A stretch of DNA of 64,000 nucleotides from Obrimoposthia wandeli. Its lineage: Eukaryota. The translations under genes and the position numbers were made by a program. Under the pieces are notes generated by a model that made no database searches, was not told the DNA's origin, and was given only the letters and a program-made list of their open reading frames with translations. Positions within the stretch are counted from its first letter, which is position 1; each line of letters starts with the position of its first letter. Positions 42,881-55,042 of the stretch are shown here, piece by piece. The stretch spans positions 124,001 through 188,000 of the forward strand of contig CDROCS010005135.1 in the NCBI GenBank assembly GCA_977020255.1, in the 5' to 3' direction.

Positions 42881-44251
42881 TTATTTAAGTGACATTGCTA
42901 TTTGGAATTCATCGCTTTGGCGTTGAATCCAACGTAGGCGCATAGCAAGCATAATCGCTGCAGCGGATAAACCAACAATATTACCAATCCAGAAACCATG
43001 TGGTCCCATCGGTTCTACAATCCAGTCTGTCATACCCAGAATATAACCAACAGGTAAACCTAGTACCCAGTACGCGATGAATGTACGAATAAAGATTGCT
43101 CGCATATCTTTATAACCACGTAAAGCGCCCGCGGCGACAACTTGAATCGCATCGCTACATTGGTAAACGGCGGCTAAAAATAAAAGTTGGCCTGCAAGTA
43201 CAATAACATCGGCATTATCGGTGTAGAGAAGGGCAATTTCTTCACGGTAAATAATGGTTAAAAGAGCGGTCATTAGCGACATAATTAACCCAACAAGAAG
43301 GCCGCAATGGCTTGCGATTTTAGCGCCGACTAAATCTTGTTCACCAAGCATGTGACCGACACGAATACTTAATGCGATCCCTAAGCTCATAGGTAACATG
43401 AAGACCAACGACGAGAAATTAATCGCGACTTGGTGTGAGGCAACAATAATTGAGCCCAATGGTGAAATCATTAAAGCAATGACAGCAAATAATGACACTT
43501 CAAAAAACATTGAAGCGGCAACAGGGAAACCAAGCTTGAACAGTCGAAGTACTGCTTTAGGCTGTGGTTTGTACCAAACCTCAAATAATCCAGCACGTTT
43601 AAGGCGCTTGTTTACTAATACATAGACCAACATAGAGAAGAACATTAGCCAATAAACAATGGCTGTAGCTACTCCACAACCGACACCGCCCATTTCTGGG
43701 AAACCGAATTTACCGTAAACAAAAATCCAGTTAAGCGGAATATTTGCCATTAGACCTATAAAACCGATAACCATACCTGGCACAGTTAAAGATAACCCTT
43801 CTGCAAAACTTCTTAGGGTTTGGAATAGTAGAAAAGCGGGTACAGCATATACAACAGCATGTAAATAACCAATGGTTTTTTCAGCCAGAATGGCTTCGAC
43901 ATCCATGTAGTCAATCAATATACCGGCATTATATAAAATGGCCATAATGGGAATGGACATGATCAAGGCAAGAAGAAAACCATGTTGTACTTCAAAAGGA
44001 ATTTTATCTTTTTTGCCTGAACCATTGAGTTGCGCCACGATTGGTACAAGGGCAATCAATAACCCAACACCAAAAAGAATGGCAGGTAACCAGATACTAG
44101 AAGCAACAGAAACGGCAGCCATATCGGTAGCACTTACACCACCAGCCATAACGGTATCAACGAATCCCATTGATGTTTGGGCAACAGATGCAATAAGAAC
44201 AGGTATTGCTAAAGTAAGAAGTTGACGTGTTTCACGCCTGTAATTATGCAC
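42881..44251 (-). CDS. norM: MATE multidrug efflux transporter NorM
   Basis: PVLIASVAQTSMGFVDTVMAG, FFEVSLF and GALRGYKD motifs; divergent from riboflavin synthase as in enterics and vibrios. Confidence 0.93.
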   Translation of the reverse strand: MHNYRRETRQLLTLAIPVLIASVAQTSMGFVDTVMAGGVSATDMAAVSVASSIWLPAILFGVGLLIALVPIVAQLNGSGKKDKIPFEVQHGFLLALIMSIPIMAILYNAGILIDYMDVEAILAEKTIGYLHAVVYAVPAFLLFQTLRSFAEGLSLTVPGMVIGFIGLMANIPLNWIFVYGKFGFPEMGGVGCGVATAIVYWLMFFSMLVYVLVNKRLKRAGLFEVWYKPQPKAVLRLFKLGFPVAASMFFEVSLFAVIALMISPLGSIIVASHQVAINFSSLVFMLPMSLGIALSIRVGHMLGEQDLVGAKIASHCGLLVGLIMSLMTALLTIIYREEIALLYTDNADVIVLAGQLLFLAAVYQCSDAIQVVAAGALRGYKDMRAIFIRTFIAYWVLGLPVGYILGMTDWIVEPMGPHGFWIGNIVGLSAAAIMLAMRLRWIQRQSDEFQIAMSLK

Positions 44252-44522
44252 AGAGCATGCTCCTAAAAGCAGAAATTAATAATAAAGGTATAGAGTAAAG
44301 CGCGGTGATTATAGCGATTCAATAAGAAGAGACAATCAATATCATGACTGGATAATTGCTATTCAGTTGCTTTGCTTGAAACGTGCGTACATTACCATAC
44401 TTTACTGATAAAATTGATAGCTTAAAATGAGTTGAAGTCGTTTTTTTTCGATGAAATTGTATGAATCGTTATATGATTAACGCATTAACCAACTGATATT
44501 AAATTAATAGTCGGGGATACTG

Positions 44523-45140
44523 ATGTTTACAGGAATTGTTCAAGGTACAGTACGTGTCGTTAAAATATTAAAAAAAGAAAATTTTCAGACACATGTATTA
44601 AAAATGCCGCAAGAGCTGCGAAAAGGATTAACGCTTGGTGCATCCGTAGCGCATAACGGTTGTTGTTTAACGGTTACCAAAGTAGAAGGTGACTTCGTTT
44701 CTTTTGACTTAATGCAAGAAACCTTAAAAGTGACTAATCTCGGTTTGTTAGTCGAAGGTGATAACATCAATATTGAACGTGCTGCAAAGTTTGGTGATGA
44801 AATTGGCGGACATTCTATGTCGGGCCATATCAATCTGTGTTCGACCATTTCTGATGTGATTAATACCGCAAATAATTGTACAATTTGGTTTACGATGCCA
44901 ATGCCGTCGATGAAGTATGTGTTAACGAAAGGGTATATTGGTATTGATGGTTGTTCATTAACTATCGGTAAGGTTAAGGACAATCGATTCTGCGTCCACC
45001 TGATCCCTGAAACATTGGAAAGAACACTTTTTGGTACCCGTAAAATAGGTGATGTGGTTAACATTGAAATTGATCCACAAACTCAAGCGATTGTTGACAC
45101 CGTCGAGCGAGTGCTTATGAACCAAGCGAATAATACGTAG
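44523..45140 (+). CDS. ribC: Riboflavin synthase (alpha chain)
   Basis: [24 protein letters not shown] and [11 protein letters not shown] motifs. Confidence 0.95.
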   Translation: MFTGIVQGTVRVVKILKKENFQTHVLKMPQELRKGLTLGASVAHNGCCLTVTKVEGDFVSFDLMQETLKVTNLGLLVEGDNINIERAAKFGDEIGGHSMSGHINLCSTISDVINTANNCTIWFTMPMPSMKYVLTKGYIGIDGCSLTIGKVKDNRFCVHLIPETLERTLFGTRKIGDVVNIEIDPQTQAIVDTVERVLMNQANNT

Positions 45141-45229
45141 TAATAATTTGAGTATTAAGTTAAGCCTATTGAATGATTATATATTGAAGGCTCATATAGG
45201 CTTAGACTCACTTTTGTCTATAACGAAAG

Positions 45230-45433
45230 TTAAAAGATTTGTTCATCATCAGCATCAATGAATAAATTGATGGTTTTATGAACCTCATCAATTTGCATGT
45301 TTAAATGCACGGCATGGCAGCACGACGGGCAGTCATCGTAGAATTCTTGACTACCACCACTCGTATCAAGGGTTATCTTGATAGTATGCCCACAATGCGG
45401 GCAAGAGACACTCTGCTCTGAATAATTCGTCAT
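45230..45433 (-). CDS. Small CPXCG-motif cysteine-rich protein
   Basis: CPHCG...EFYDDCPSCC; ATG 45433 with RBS AAGGAG; 67 aa. Confidence 0.85.
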   Translation of the reverse strand: MTNYSEQSVSCPHCGHTIKITLDTSGGSQEFYDDCPSCCHAVHLNMQIDEVHKTINLFIDADDEQIF

Positions 45434-45805
45434 TTGATACTCCTTGGTTTGATGCACCTCTACAGATACAAAATTCACAGAACCAGTGTCACCACTTGAT
45501 GCTCCTGACGTAAGAATCATTATTAATAAACTGTCAGGTGATTTACTGGTATAACTAAATCCTAGCGTTTCGCATTGGTTTTTGCTGAAAATTAACTACA
45601 AACTTTGAGTTGATAAGAAGAACTGAATAATTATTAAGTGAGGGATCTCAGTATTGTATTTTTTTGATGGATACAGTAGAGTTTATAACTTTCAATAAGT
45701 TTTATAAAATGTCAAAAGTGAAACATTTAATTGTTTGAATCGTGATAATTGTTGATGTAGCAAGGTTTCACTCTTTGCTACACCATCAATTGAACTGTTT
45801 TTTGT

Positions 45806-46459
45806 TTATAGGCTATTTAATAATTGCTGATTTACTTCGTGAAGCGATGAAAGTTTTCTATCTGCAATCGCCCAGCGAGCATCATTGGCATATTCCGCTT
45901 CAGGTACCGCTATTCCTTTCATTTGTGCCGCTTTGGCTGACAGTAAACCGTTGACCGAATCTTCAAAGGCGACGCATGCTTGTGGCTCTACGCCTAATGC
46001 ATCTGCAGCGTTGATGTAGACTTCAGGGTGTGGTTTACCATAACGAAGATGTTCAGCAGATAAAACGGCTTCAAATTCATTTTCTAGCCCTAATGCTTCT
46101 AATGTCGCTTCAATTAAACCCAATGGTGATGAAGAGGCTAGGGCAACCTTTAACCCCATTGCTTTACAGGTTGCAATGGCTTCAAATACACCGGGTAGCA
46201 CTGGCTTATGTTCTTTCACTAAATCTTGTACGCGAGAAACGATTAAAGCGGTTATTTCTGCACAATTAGCGCCTTGCCATGGTTGATTTTCAAACCAAAA
46301 TTCGACGACTTGATCAATGCGCAAACCCATCGTTTGCAATGTGTCTTTTTGTTCAATGGTAACGCCGAGGGATGAGAAGACTTCGACTTGTGCTTGTTGC
46401 CAAAACGGTTCTGAATCGACGAGTAGCCCATCCATATCAAATACTGCAGCTTTTAACAT
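45806..46459 (-). CDS. yniC: Hexitol/2-deoxyglucose-6-phosphate phosphatase (HAD)
   Basis: FDMDGLLVDSEPFW, KPHPEVY and FEDSVNG motifs. Confidence 0.9.
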   Translation of the reverse strand: MLKAAVFDMDGLLVDSEPFWQQAQVEVFSSLGVTIEQKDTLQTMGLRIDQVVEFWFENQPWQGANCAEITALIVSRVQDLVKEHKPVLPGVFEAIATCKAMGLKVALASSSPLGLIEATLEALGLENEFEAVLSAEHLRYGKPHPEVYINAADALGVEPQACVAFEDSVNGLLSAKAAQMKGIAVPEAEYANDARWAIADRKLSSLHEVNQQLLNSL

Positions 46460-46623
46460 GACTTATTATACCTATAAGGTTTATACACATAACGACTGTC
46501 GAGATTACTGTATTTTGCACAAAAAAAACATCAGCTCGTTTACCGTGCTAATGTTTTTGGTTCTATTTTTTATTCAGGCTTTTACTATGATGTTAGCTTT
46601 AGCACGACACAAGGTTATACGCG

Positions 46624-47490
46624 CTAGTTGGCGAGTTTTAACTTTTCTATAATGTGCTCTGCTTGGGCTAAGTATTCACCGCCGAATAAATTACAGTGAT
46701 TTAAGATATGGTATAAATTATAAAGATCGCGGCGCTCTTGATATCCTTCATCTAATGGGAAAACAGACTGATATCCGTCATAGAAACTAGCAGGAAAACC
46801 ACCAAAGAGCTCTGTCATTGCGATATCACACTCTCTATCTCCCCAATATGTCGCGGGATCAAAAATGATAGGCCCCGTGACAGTCAACGCTGTATTACCA
46901 TGCCATAAATCGCCATGCAGTAAAGAGGGGGTTGGCTGGTGGTGCATCAATAATGAAATAACATTACTTGTTATGGTATCGATATTCCCAAATTGAATTC
47001 CCTTTTCTTCACATAGTTGAAGTTGCCATGCTATGCGCTGTTCGGCAAAGAATCGGCACCAACGACGACGCCATTTATTAGGTTGCAGAGTAATGCCAAC
47101 ATAGTTATCAAAGTCAAAACCATATTCTGCTTGTTCTCCCCATTGGTGTAATTCAGCAAGCTGCTGACCAAGTTTGAAGGCAGATTCGTTGTCGACAGTT
47201 TTTGTTGGTAAGTAATTTAGAATTAAGAAAGATTTTTCTCGGCATGTACCAAGGTGTAACAGCTGTGGTACTTGAACGCAATTCGCTTCGTTGAGAATGC
47301 GTAAGCTTTCGGCTTCACTTTTAAACATGGCAAGCTGATCTTTATCATTTAGTTTGATAAAAAAGCGCTCATCACCATCACCAATGCAATAGCATTGATT
47401 GACATCTCCACCTTCGAGAGCCTCTCGTTCGCTGATTTTAAACTGTTTACCCAGTACATCTGATAGTTGGTGAGAAATGGCTTGCCACAT
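46624..47490 (-). CDS. yniA: Fructosamine kinase family protein
   Basis: MWQAIS start (RBS GGAGG), GGDVN, PSLLHGDLWHGN, DPATYWGDRECD. Confidence 0.92.
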   Translation of the reverse strand: MWQAISHQLSDVLGKQFKISEREALEGGDVNQCYCIGDGDERFFIKLNDKDQLAMFKSEAESLRILNEANCVQVPQLLHLGTCREKSFLILNYLPTKTVDNESAFKLGQQLAELHQWGEQAEYGFDFDNYVGITLQPNKWRRRWCRFFAEQRIAWQLQLCEEKGIQFGNIDTITSNVISLLMHHQPTPSLLHGDLWHGNTALTVTGPIIFDPATYWGDRECDIAMTELFGGFPASFYDGYQSVFPLDEGYQERRDLYNLYHILNHCNLFGGEYLAQAEHIIEKLKLAN

Positions 47491-47801
47491 AGCATCCTCC
47501 ATGTTGGAACAATACAATCAGTGAAACAGCTACCCATATTAATATGAATAGCAACGAATAATAGTAGTGTCTCATCAATATCTTAGACCATTTAAGACAG
47601 ATATAACCGTGCATTTATCAAGGTTTTAACTTTGTATGCAATATTCATAGCGTGAAAAAGCTTGTAAATCAACTTAGAAGAGAGGGGATATCAAAGGTGG
47701 GAAAGGATTAAAATATCAAAAAAAACAAAACTGACCAGAATGTTAAAGGCCAGTTTCGATTTATATCATGTTATAAAGCAAGTAATTATTACAACGCTAC
47801 A

Positions 47802-49334
47802 TTACAAGCTTGGAAGTAATGTTGATGGCATTAATGCATTGTATGTCGCTTCTTTTAGTAGTTGATTTGCTTTTGCGATATCGGGTGCAAAATAGCGATC
47901 TTTGTCATAGAAAGAGACACGTTCACGTAATTGCATTTTTGCTTGTTCGATTAATTTAGAGCTCTTGTTAGGGCTTCTAAAATCGAGACCTTGTGCCGCC
48001 GCCAGCAATTCAACTGCGAGAATACCCCGTGTGTTTTCAGCCATATCGGTTAAACGACGTGCTGCGAATGTAGCCATTGATACATGATCTTCTTGATTCG
48101 CTGATGTTGGTAAGCTATCGACAGATGCTGGGTGAGCCAGCGATTTATTTTCACTCGCCAGTGCTGCGGCAGTGACTTGTGCAATCATAAAGCCTGAGTT
48201 AACTCCGCCGTTATCCACTAAGAATGGTGGAAGCTTACTTAACCCGCTATCAATTAATAATGCCATACGACGCTCAGATAAGCTGCCGATTTCAGCAATG
48301 GCTAGTGCTAGGTTATCTGCTGCCATTGCAACAGGTTCAGCATGGAAGTTACCGCCCGAGATAATGTCGCCATCATCGGCAAAAACGAGTGGGTTATCGG
48401 ATACTGCGTTTGCTTCGACTTCTAACGTGACAGCAGAATTACGAATTTGCTGTAAACAAGCGCCCATCACTTGTGGCTGACAGCGTAGTGAGTAAGGGTC
48501 TTGCACCTTCTCACATTGTTGATGAGATAAACCAATTTCGCTGTTTTGGCCTAACATGTGACGGTAGCCCATTGCCGCGTCAATTTGACTACGGTGACCA
48601 CGAACACGATGGATGCGAGGGTCGAATGGACGACGGCTGCCCAGTGCAGCATCAACAGACATTGCGCCACAAACTGTTGCGGCTGCGTATAAATCTTCTG
48701 CGGCAAAAAAGCCTTCCAGCGCAAATGCGGTCGATGCTTGGGTGCCGTTAAGCAGCGCTAACCCCTCTTTAGGGGCTAGGGTAATAGGTTCTAATCCTGC
48801 AATCTCAAGCGCTCGTGCACCAGTAATTAATTCTCCTTGGTAACGCGCTTCACCTTCCCCTAATAACACGGTACTCATATGAGCAAGAGGGGCAAGGTCG
48901 CCAGATGCACCCACAGAACCTTTTTTCGGAATACATGGATACACTTCAGCGTTAACCAGTTGCATTAATGCATTAACAACCAATGGACGAATACCCGAGT
49001 AACCGCGGGCAAGGCTGTTTACTTTCAATACAATCATCATTCGCACAGTGGCGTCGTCCATGAATGTACCGATGCCTGCAGCGTGTGAAAGCACAATGCT
49101 ACGTTGCAGTGTTTCAAGATCTTCTGCGGCAATACGTGTGTTGGCGAGCAAACCAAACCCAGTATTAATGCCATAAACAACCTTGTTGTCTCTGATGACT
49201 TGTGCAACCGCTTCTGCACTGATTAGCATTTCAGGCAGTGCATCTTCAGTTAAAGATAATTGAGTAGGCTGACGGCTAACTTCACGAAGTTGTTTCAGCG
49301 ATAGCTTGCCTGGAATAATTTCTAATTGGTACAT
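47802..49334 (-). CDS. hutH: Histidine ammonia-lyase
   Basis: MIO-forming [29 protein letters not shown] and [10 protein letters not shown] motifs. Confidence 0.97.
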   Translation of the reverse strand: MYQLEIIPGKLSLKQLREVSRQPTQLSLTEDALPEMLISAEAVAQVIRDNKVVYGINTGFGLLANTRIAAEDLETLQRSIVLSHAAGIGTFMDDATVRMMIVLKVNSLARGYSGIRPLVVNALMQLVNAEVYPCIPKKGSVGASGDLAPLAHMSTVLLGEGEARYQGELITGARALEIAGLEPITLAPKEGLALLNGTQASTAFALEGFFAAEDLYAAATVCGAMSVDAALGSRRPFDPRIHRVRGHRSQIDAAMGYRHMLGQNSEIGLSHQQCEKVQDPYSLRCQPQVMGACLQQIRNSAVTLEVEANAVSDNPLVFADDGDIISGGNFHAEPVAMAADNLALAIAEIGSLSERRMALLIDSGLSKLPPFLVDNGGVNSGFMIAQVTAAALASENKSLAHPASVDSLPTSANQEDHVSMATFAARRLTDMAENTRGILAVELLAAAQGLDFRSPNKSSKLIEQAKMQLRERVSFYDKDRYFAPDIAKANQLLKEATYNALMPSTLLPSL

Positions 49335-49358
49335 GATGACTTTCTCGCTATCGGTTGT

Positions 49359-51095
49359 TTATTTAGAGTGAATTTTTGTTGAAAGACTGTTTTGCGAATG
49401 AGTGTTTTTTGTATTTACCATCGGAAGGTCGAGACCTTGCTCTTCGGCGCAGTTAATGGCGATATCGTAACCAGCATCGGCATGACGCATTACACCTGTT
49501 GCTGGGTCATTACGAAGAACACGTTCTACGCGCTCGGCTGCATCGTCTGTACCATCACACACAATTACCATGCCTGAATGCTGTGAGAAGCCCATGCCAA
49601 CACCGCCACCGTGGTGAAGAGAAACCCATGTCGCACCTGATGCCGTATTTAAAAGAGCATTCAACAAAGGCCAATCAGACACCGCATCTGAACCGTCCAT
49701 CATGCCTTCTGTTTCACGGTTAGGGCTGGCAACAGATCCTGAATCAAGGTGATCGCGTCCAATAACAATAGGGGCTTTAAGCTCACCATTTTTGACCATT
49801 TCATTGAATGCCTTACCAAGGCGAGCTCGATCTTTTAAACCAACCCAACAAATTCGTGCAGGTAAACCTTGGAACTGAATATGTTCACGTGCCATATCTA
49901 ACCAGTTATGCAGATGCGGGTTGTCTGGAATCAGCTCTTTTACTTTTTGATCGGTTTTATAGATATCTTCAGGGTCGCCAGAAAGTGCAACCCAACGGAA
50001 AGGTCCAATACCTTCACAAAATAAAGGTCGAATATAGGCAGGAACAAAACCCGGAAAATCAAACGCGTTTTCAACACCTTCTTCTAGTGCCATTTGACGA
50101 ATGTTATTACCATAATCAACCGTGGCTGAACCGGCTGCTTGCAGCGCAAGCATTGCTTTAACTTGAACTGCCATTGATTGTTTAGCAGCTTTTACGACAA
50201 CCGCTTCATCTTCAAGGCGCATTGCAGCCGCATGTTCCATCGACCAACCTTGAGGTAGGTAACCGTTAAGCGGATCATGCGCAGAGGTTTGGTCTGTTGT
50301 TACATCTGGCACAATGCCACGCTTAACAATGTCTGCATATACATCTGCCGCATTACCCAATAAGCCGACTGATACTGGCTTACCGGTTTGCTTCGATTCT
50401 TCAATAATCGCTAATGCTTCATCAAGGGTTGTTGCTTTGCTATCGACATAACCGGTACGTAAACGGTAGTCGATACGCGATTCATCACACTCTACAGCCA
50501 GCATTGAAAAGCCAGCCATTGTTGCCGCTAGTGGCTGAGCGCCACCCATACCACCAAGCCCACCAGTCAGCACCCAACGACCTTTGGCATCACCAGCGAA
50601 GTGTTGACGAGCCATGGCAACAAATGTTTCGTAAGTACCTTGAACAATGCCTTGTGAGCCAATGTAGATCCAGCTACCTGCTGTCATTTGGCCGTACATC
50701 ATCAAACCTTCTTTATCGAGCTCGTTGAAGTGCTCCCAGTTTGCCCAATGCGGCACAAGGTTTGAGTTTGCAATTAATACACGCGGTGCATTGGTGTGTG
50801 TTTTAAAGACGCCAACAGGTTTGCCTGATTGCACCATCAAGGTTTCATCGTCTTCAAGACGCTTTAATACTTCAACAATTTTGTCATAACATTCCCAATT
50901 ACGTGCAGCACGACCAATGCCACCATATACAACCAATGCGTGAGGATGTTCAGCAACGTCTGGGTGCAAGTTATTCATTAACATGCGAAGTGGGGCTTCT
51001 GTTAGCCATGATTTAGCATTTAATTGCGTACCCGTCGGTGCAATGATTGTGCGTGATTCATCCAGACGTGGGTTTGGAATTGTTGATTGTGTCAT
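49359..51095 (-). CDS. hutU: Urocanate hydratase
   Basis: [22 protein letters not shown] and HHGGGVG motifs. Confidence 0.97.
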   Translation of the reverse strand: MTQSTIPNPRLDESRTIIAPTGTQLNAKSWLTEAPLRMLMNNLHPDVAEHPHALVVYGGIGRAARNWECYDKIVEVLKRLEDDETLMVQSGKPVGVFKTHTNAPRVLIANSNLVPHWANWEHFNELDKEGLMMYGQMTAGSWIYIGSQGIVQGTYETFVAMARQHFAGDAKGRWVLTGGLGGMGGAQPLAATMAGFSMLAVECDESRIDYRLRTGYVDSKATTLDEALAIIEESKQTGKPVSVGLLGNAADVYADIVKRGIVPDVTTDQTSAHDPLNGYLPQGWSMEHAAAMRLEDEAVVVKAAKQSMAVQVKAMLALQAAGSATVDYGNNIRQMALEEGVENAFDFPGFVPAYIRPLFCEGIGPFRWVALSGDPEDIYKTDQKVKELIPDNPHLHNWLDMAREHIQFQGLPARICWVGLKDRARLGKAFNEMVKNGELKAPIVIGRDHLDSGSVASPNRETEGMMDGSDAVSDWPLLNALLNTASGATWVSLHHGGGVGMGFSQHSGMVIVCDGTDDAAERVERVLRNDPATGVMRHADAGYDIAINCAEEQGLDLPMVNTKNTHSQNSLSTKIHSK

Positions 51096-51173
51096 GTAGC
51101 TCTCCTTGCTGTGCTATTCGTGTTAGTGGTTATATTGTTCACTGTTATTTTAAATAAATAAGCGATAGCGGGT

Positions 51174-52268
51174 TTAACGAATGGCACGGGCTATTGTCCA
51201 GGTCAGTCTTGCTGCTAACCGTGCAGTTTGGTTATCAATATCAAAACGAGGGTTATATTCTGCTAAATCAGCGACAAGTAACTTTGAATCACCTTGCTCT
51301 GTTTTAGCTGTTAAAATGGGTTCCATTAACTGTTCGATGATTTCTAACGATACGCCACGAGCCGCAGGTGCACTTACACCGGGTGCGACACAGGCTGGAA
51401 AAACATCTAAATCAATTGTGAGGTATAAGTAGTCGCATTCAGCGATAAATGTATTAAGTGCCGCTTGGGTTTGTTCGATGGTTCGGTGTGTTAATTCCGT
51501 ATCATCTCGGTATAAAACCCCAAGCCGATCGGCTTTTTCATATAATGCTTGTGTGTTACTGCCGCGGTTTAAACCAAGACAAGCATAATTAAATGGCCAG
51601 TGCTGTAATTCGCAAAAACGAGCGATTTGATGGAATGGAGTACCTGAACTGCCAGCACTCGCTTGTGGACCAGATGGTGGATTACGCAAATCAAAATGCG
51701 CATCAAAGTTGATAATGCCAACCCGAGGTGCGGGCGTAGCAGTCTTTTTTTTATTGGGTTCCGCTGTCTTTATTTCATTCAATTCAGATGGTGCTTGAAT
51801 ACTTTCAGTGGCTTCTTGTTTTTGCAGTAAATAAGCGCCAATACCTTGGAATGTTCCCCATGCCATTTCATGGCCACCACCAAAGACAATCACTTTATGT
51901 TTTTGACGTAAAGCAAGACAGACATCTTCACCTAAGCGATGTTGAGCTAACTCTAAGTTGCCGTCATCGCAGCTGATATCGCCACCGTCATAAACTGGCT
52001 CTTGATGGTGCCAAGCTAAATTTGCCAGTGCGCGTCGAATAACAATAGGGGCACCGTAAGCACCAGTGCGGCCTTTATTACGAGCGACACCAGCATCACA
52101 GGCGAAGCCCAGCAACATAATGCCTTCTTCATTGGCTTGATCGGCAGGTAGCACTTTTTGGTGCCATCGCATGCCCAGTTCGCCATCTTCAGAATCGGTG
52201 CGCCCTTGCCAAGCACTCATGTTGATTGTGTTTGAAATAGTTGCGTTTGATAATTGGTTATTTGGCAT
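51174..52268 (-). CDS. hutG: Formimidoylglutamase (arginase family)
   Basis: WQGR, GGGHE, DAHFDLR, DLDV and GVSAP motifs; start at 52268 or 52220. Confidence 0.92.
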   Translation of the reverse strand: MPNNQLSNATISNTINMSAWQGRTDSEDGELGMRWHQKVLPADQANEEGIMLLGFACDAGVARNKGRTGAYGAPIVIRRALANLAWHHQEPVYDGGDISCDDGNLELAQHRLGEDVCLALRQKHKVIVFGGGHEMAWGTFQGIGAYLLQKQEATESIQAPSELNEIKTAEPNKKKTATPAPRVGIINFDAHFDLRNPPSGPQASAGSSGTPFHQIARFCELQHWPFNYACLGLNRGSNTQALYEKADRLGVLYRDDTELTHRTIEQTQAALNTFIAECDYLYLTIDLDVFPACVAPGVSAPAARGVSLEIIEQLMEPILTAKTEQGDSKLLVADLAEYNPRFDIDNQTARLAARLTWTIARAIR

Positions 52269-53502
52269 AGAAAATCTCTCCGTCCACAATACGTGCAACA
52301 AGATCGGGCACACCTAGTCGGTAAGATAATTCAGCGGGTGTATCAATGTCCCAAAGTGCGAGGTCTGCTTCCATGCCAACACTGATTTTCCCGCGAGAGG
52401 CTTCCAGACCTAACGCTTGAGCAGCGTTACAAGTCACACCTCGTAAACATTCTTCGGGTGTCAGTCGGAAGAATGTACATGCCATATTCATCATGGTACG
52501 AAGCGAGGCGATAGGGGATGTTCCCGGATTAAAGTCGGTTGAAATTGCCATAGGAACCTGCAATTTACGTAAATGTTCGATGGGTGGACGTTGCGTTTCA
52601 CGCAAGAAATAATAAGCCCCAGGTAGCAAGGTTGCGACGGTATTATTCGCAGCAAGTGCCGCCACACCATCGTGGTCGAGGTATTCAATATGATCGACAG
52701 AGGTGGCCCCCATTCTTGCCGCAAGCGCACTGCCACCTAAATTGGATAATTGTTCGGTATGGCCTTTAATTCCCAGCCCGTAGTGTTTGGCGGTTTCAAA
52801 TACACGTTGGCATTGCTGAGTAGAAAACCCAATGCCTTCGCAGAAAACATCAACATAATCTGCGAGCCCTTGTTCTACTGCCGCAGGAATAATGTGTTGG
52901 CAAACATAGTCAATATAATCATCAGCACGGTTTTTATATTCAGGAGGCACAGCGTGAGCGGCTAAAAGCGTAGTAGAAACCTTAATATCTGGCATATCTC
53001 CAATGCGTCGAGCCACACGAAGCATTTTTAATTCATCTTTCAGTGTTAGCCCATAACCTGACTTAATCTCAATAGTTGTGACGCCGTCACGTTTCAGCCC
53101 GTCTAAGCGCTTAATCGTGAGTTGGTAGAGTTCATCTTCTGTTGCTTCACGGGTCGCTTGAACGGTAGAGATAATACCACCGCCTCGTTTGGCTATTTCT
53201 TCGTAAGGCATACCGGTTAGGCGTTGTTCAAACTCGTTTGCTCGATTACCAGCAAAGACAAGATGGGTGTGACAATCAATTAAACCCGGGGTTACTAATG
53301 CATTACCACAATCAATCACATCAGGATGGCCATGTAGGTCGTTATGACATGCAAAAGGATTATCAGATGCAGAACCAACAAACATGATTTTTCCGTTTGT
53401 TATTCCAACCATGCCATCTTTGATGATCTGATAACCGTTATTATCGGCTGATGTCTCTGACGACAGGGTGACTAATCTAAGGTTAGTAAGCACTCGTTCC
53501 AT
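52258..53502 (-). CDS. hutI: Imidazolonepropionase
   Basis: [27 protein letters not shown] and STDFNPG motifs. Confidence 0.96.
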   Translation of the reverse strand: MERVLTNLRLVTLSSETSADNNGYQIIKDGMVGITNGKIMFVGSASDNPFACHNDLHGHPDVIDCGNALVTPGLIDCHTHLVFAGNRANEFEQRLTGMPYEEIAKRGGGIISTVQATREATEDELYQLTIKRLDGLKRDGVTTIEIKSGYGLTLKDELKMLRVARRIGDMPDIKVSTTLLAAHAVPPEYKNRADDYIDYVCQHIIPAAVEQGLADYVDVFCEGIGFSTQQCQRVFETAKHYGLGIKGHTEQLSNLGGSALAARMGATSVDHIEYLDHDGVAALAANNTVATLLPGAYYFLRETQRPPIEHLRKLQVPMAISTDFNPGTSPIASLRTMMNMACTFFRLTPEECLRGVTCNAAQALGLEASRGKISVGMEADLALWDIDTPAELSYRLGVPDLVARIVDGEIFYAK

Positions 53503-53546
53503 TTATAATCCGCTTCTTTGATTGCGTGCAAGATACAAAAGCAATA

Positions 53547-53556
53547 TGTATATACA
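53547..53556. promoter_or_regulatory. HutC operator upstream of hutIGUH
   Basis: Perfect palindrome TGTATATACA 45 nt upstream of the hutI ATG. Confidence 0.75.
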
Positions 53557-53743
53557 AATAAATAGGCGATTTTGGAGTGAAACTCAAGATGTAATGTAAA
53601 GGAGTTGTGATCAAAGTTGTAATTATTAACTGACAGTAACTGAAAAGTTAGAGAGTGATCGGTTGGGAAAGCGGTTTAACAGTAGAAGTAAATAGCTCCA
53701 ACAGCGACCATTTTGCCTTGTCACAAGTTAGAGCGAATACAGA

Positions 53744-54448
53744 TTACACCTTAGTACGAGAACTCAACTTATATTTATTACCTGGGTGATATAACAATGC
53801 AGTGCTAATCAAATTTTTATCGCTCCACGTACGACGATTAAGTAATAAACAAGGCTCACCGTCGTTCATTTCAAGTAAAGATGTAATACGACCAATAGGA
53901 ATAATGGCTTCAACGGTATGTTCTATATCACTAAGAGGGCAGGTTTGAACCAAGTATTCATTAGGTGTTTGTGCCGTGAAGTCTTGTTCTAGATAATGAG
54001 GGGCAAAATCGGGGTTAACCCAGCGTTCTTCAAGCTGAATGGGCACTTCATTTTCATAATGTACTATTTGTGTAAAGTAAATCATGGTGCCGTTTCTTAC
54101 GCCTATACGTAAAGCGACGTCATCTTTTGCCTCAACACTATTTTGGCTTATTACTTGGCTTGAATAGTCATGGCCACGGTTACGTACCTCATTGGCAATG
54201 TTTCGAATTTCCATCAATGGTGATTCAGCTTTTTTATGACAAACAAATGTGCCTAATCTTGGCGTGCGTTTTAATAAACCATCGCCCACTAGATCACGAA
54301 TCGCTTTATTTGCTGTCATCCGGCTTACCGAAAATTGCTCTGATAGCTCAATTTCAGTCGGGATTTTAAAACCCGGCGGCCAAGTTCTTGTTTGGATTTT
54401 ATCATTTAAATACTGTTTTATTTGTAAATAACGAGGAGATTGAGCCAT
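53744..54448 (-). CDS. hutC: Histidine utilization repressor
   Basis: GntR wHTH (SVSRMTANKA) plus UTRA domain (EHTVEA, CLLLNRRTWS); probable start ATG 54448. Confidence 0.93.
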   Translation of the reverse strand: MAQSPRYLQIKQYLNDKIQTRTWPPGFKIPTEIELSEQFSVSRMTANKAIRDLVGDGLLKRTPRLGTFVCHKKAESPLMEIRNIANEVRNRGHDYSSQVISQNSVEAKDDVALRIGVRNGTMIYFTQIVHYENEVPIQLEERWVNPDFAPHYLEQDFTAQTPNEYLVQTCPLSDIEHTVEAIIPIGRITSLLEMNDGEPCLLLNRRTWSDKNLISTALLYHPGNKYKLSSRTKV

Positions 54449-54464
54449 GAGTGTCATTCCATAA

Positions 54465-54476
54465 TTGCCTATACAA
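54465..54476. promoter_or_regulatory. HutC operator at hutC (autoregulation)
   Basis: The minus strand reads TTGTATAGGCAA, close to the HutC box TTGTATAGACAA, just upstream of hutC. Confidence 0.6.
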
Positions 54477-54629
54477 ATAGAAGCAAGTTTATCGCTGTAT
54501 ATCAAGTAAATATTTCTTATTGGCTATTTTATATGTAGGACTGAAGATAAGAATGCGTAGAATAAGAACCAAAGAAGAGTAGCTGTATACCCAAGTTACT
54601 CGTAATGCCCGTAACGGCGATATGTAATT

Positions 54630-54965
54630 ATGAGCAAAAAAATGATGACGACTATCCCAACTGAAATGACATTTTTCGCACGTTTTGAAAGCGATATTTT
54701 ATCAAGTAAGAAAACGATAACAATTCGTGATGAATCTGAACGTTACTATGTACCGGGCACCACGGTAAAAGTATCAACGCTTGAAGAAGGGCGTGAGTTT
54801 TGTGAGTTAGAAATTATATTGGTTGAGCCAATATTGTTTGATGAACTGACTCAATTTCATGCAGATCAAGAAAATATGACTCTGCCAGTTTTAAAGGATG
54901 TTATTCAAGATATCTATCCTGGCATCAAACAGCTTTATGTCGTGTCTTATAAGCTAGTTGCTTAG
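54630..54965 (+). CDS. yqfB: ASCH-domain N4-acetylcytidine amidohydrolase
   Basis: TFFARFESDILSSKKTITIRD...HADQENM...IQDIYP pattern. Confidence 0.88.
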   Translation: MSKKMMTTIPTEMTFFARFESDILSSKKTITIRDESERYYVPGTTVKVSTLEEGREFCELEIILVEPILFDELTQFHADQENMTLPVLKDVIQDIYPGIKQLYVVSYKLVA

Positions 54966-55042
54966 TTCTGAACAAATTGCGGTAGCGGTATAAGCATCAA
55001 GAAGTGAGCATTTAGACTGACTTCCTGATGCTATATTTTCTT

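Noticed and set aside
44252-44522. FMN riboswitch upstream of riboflavin synthase
   Set aside because: AT-rich region lacking the conserved RFN core motifs.
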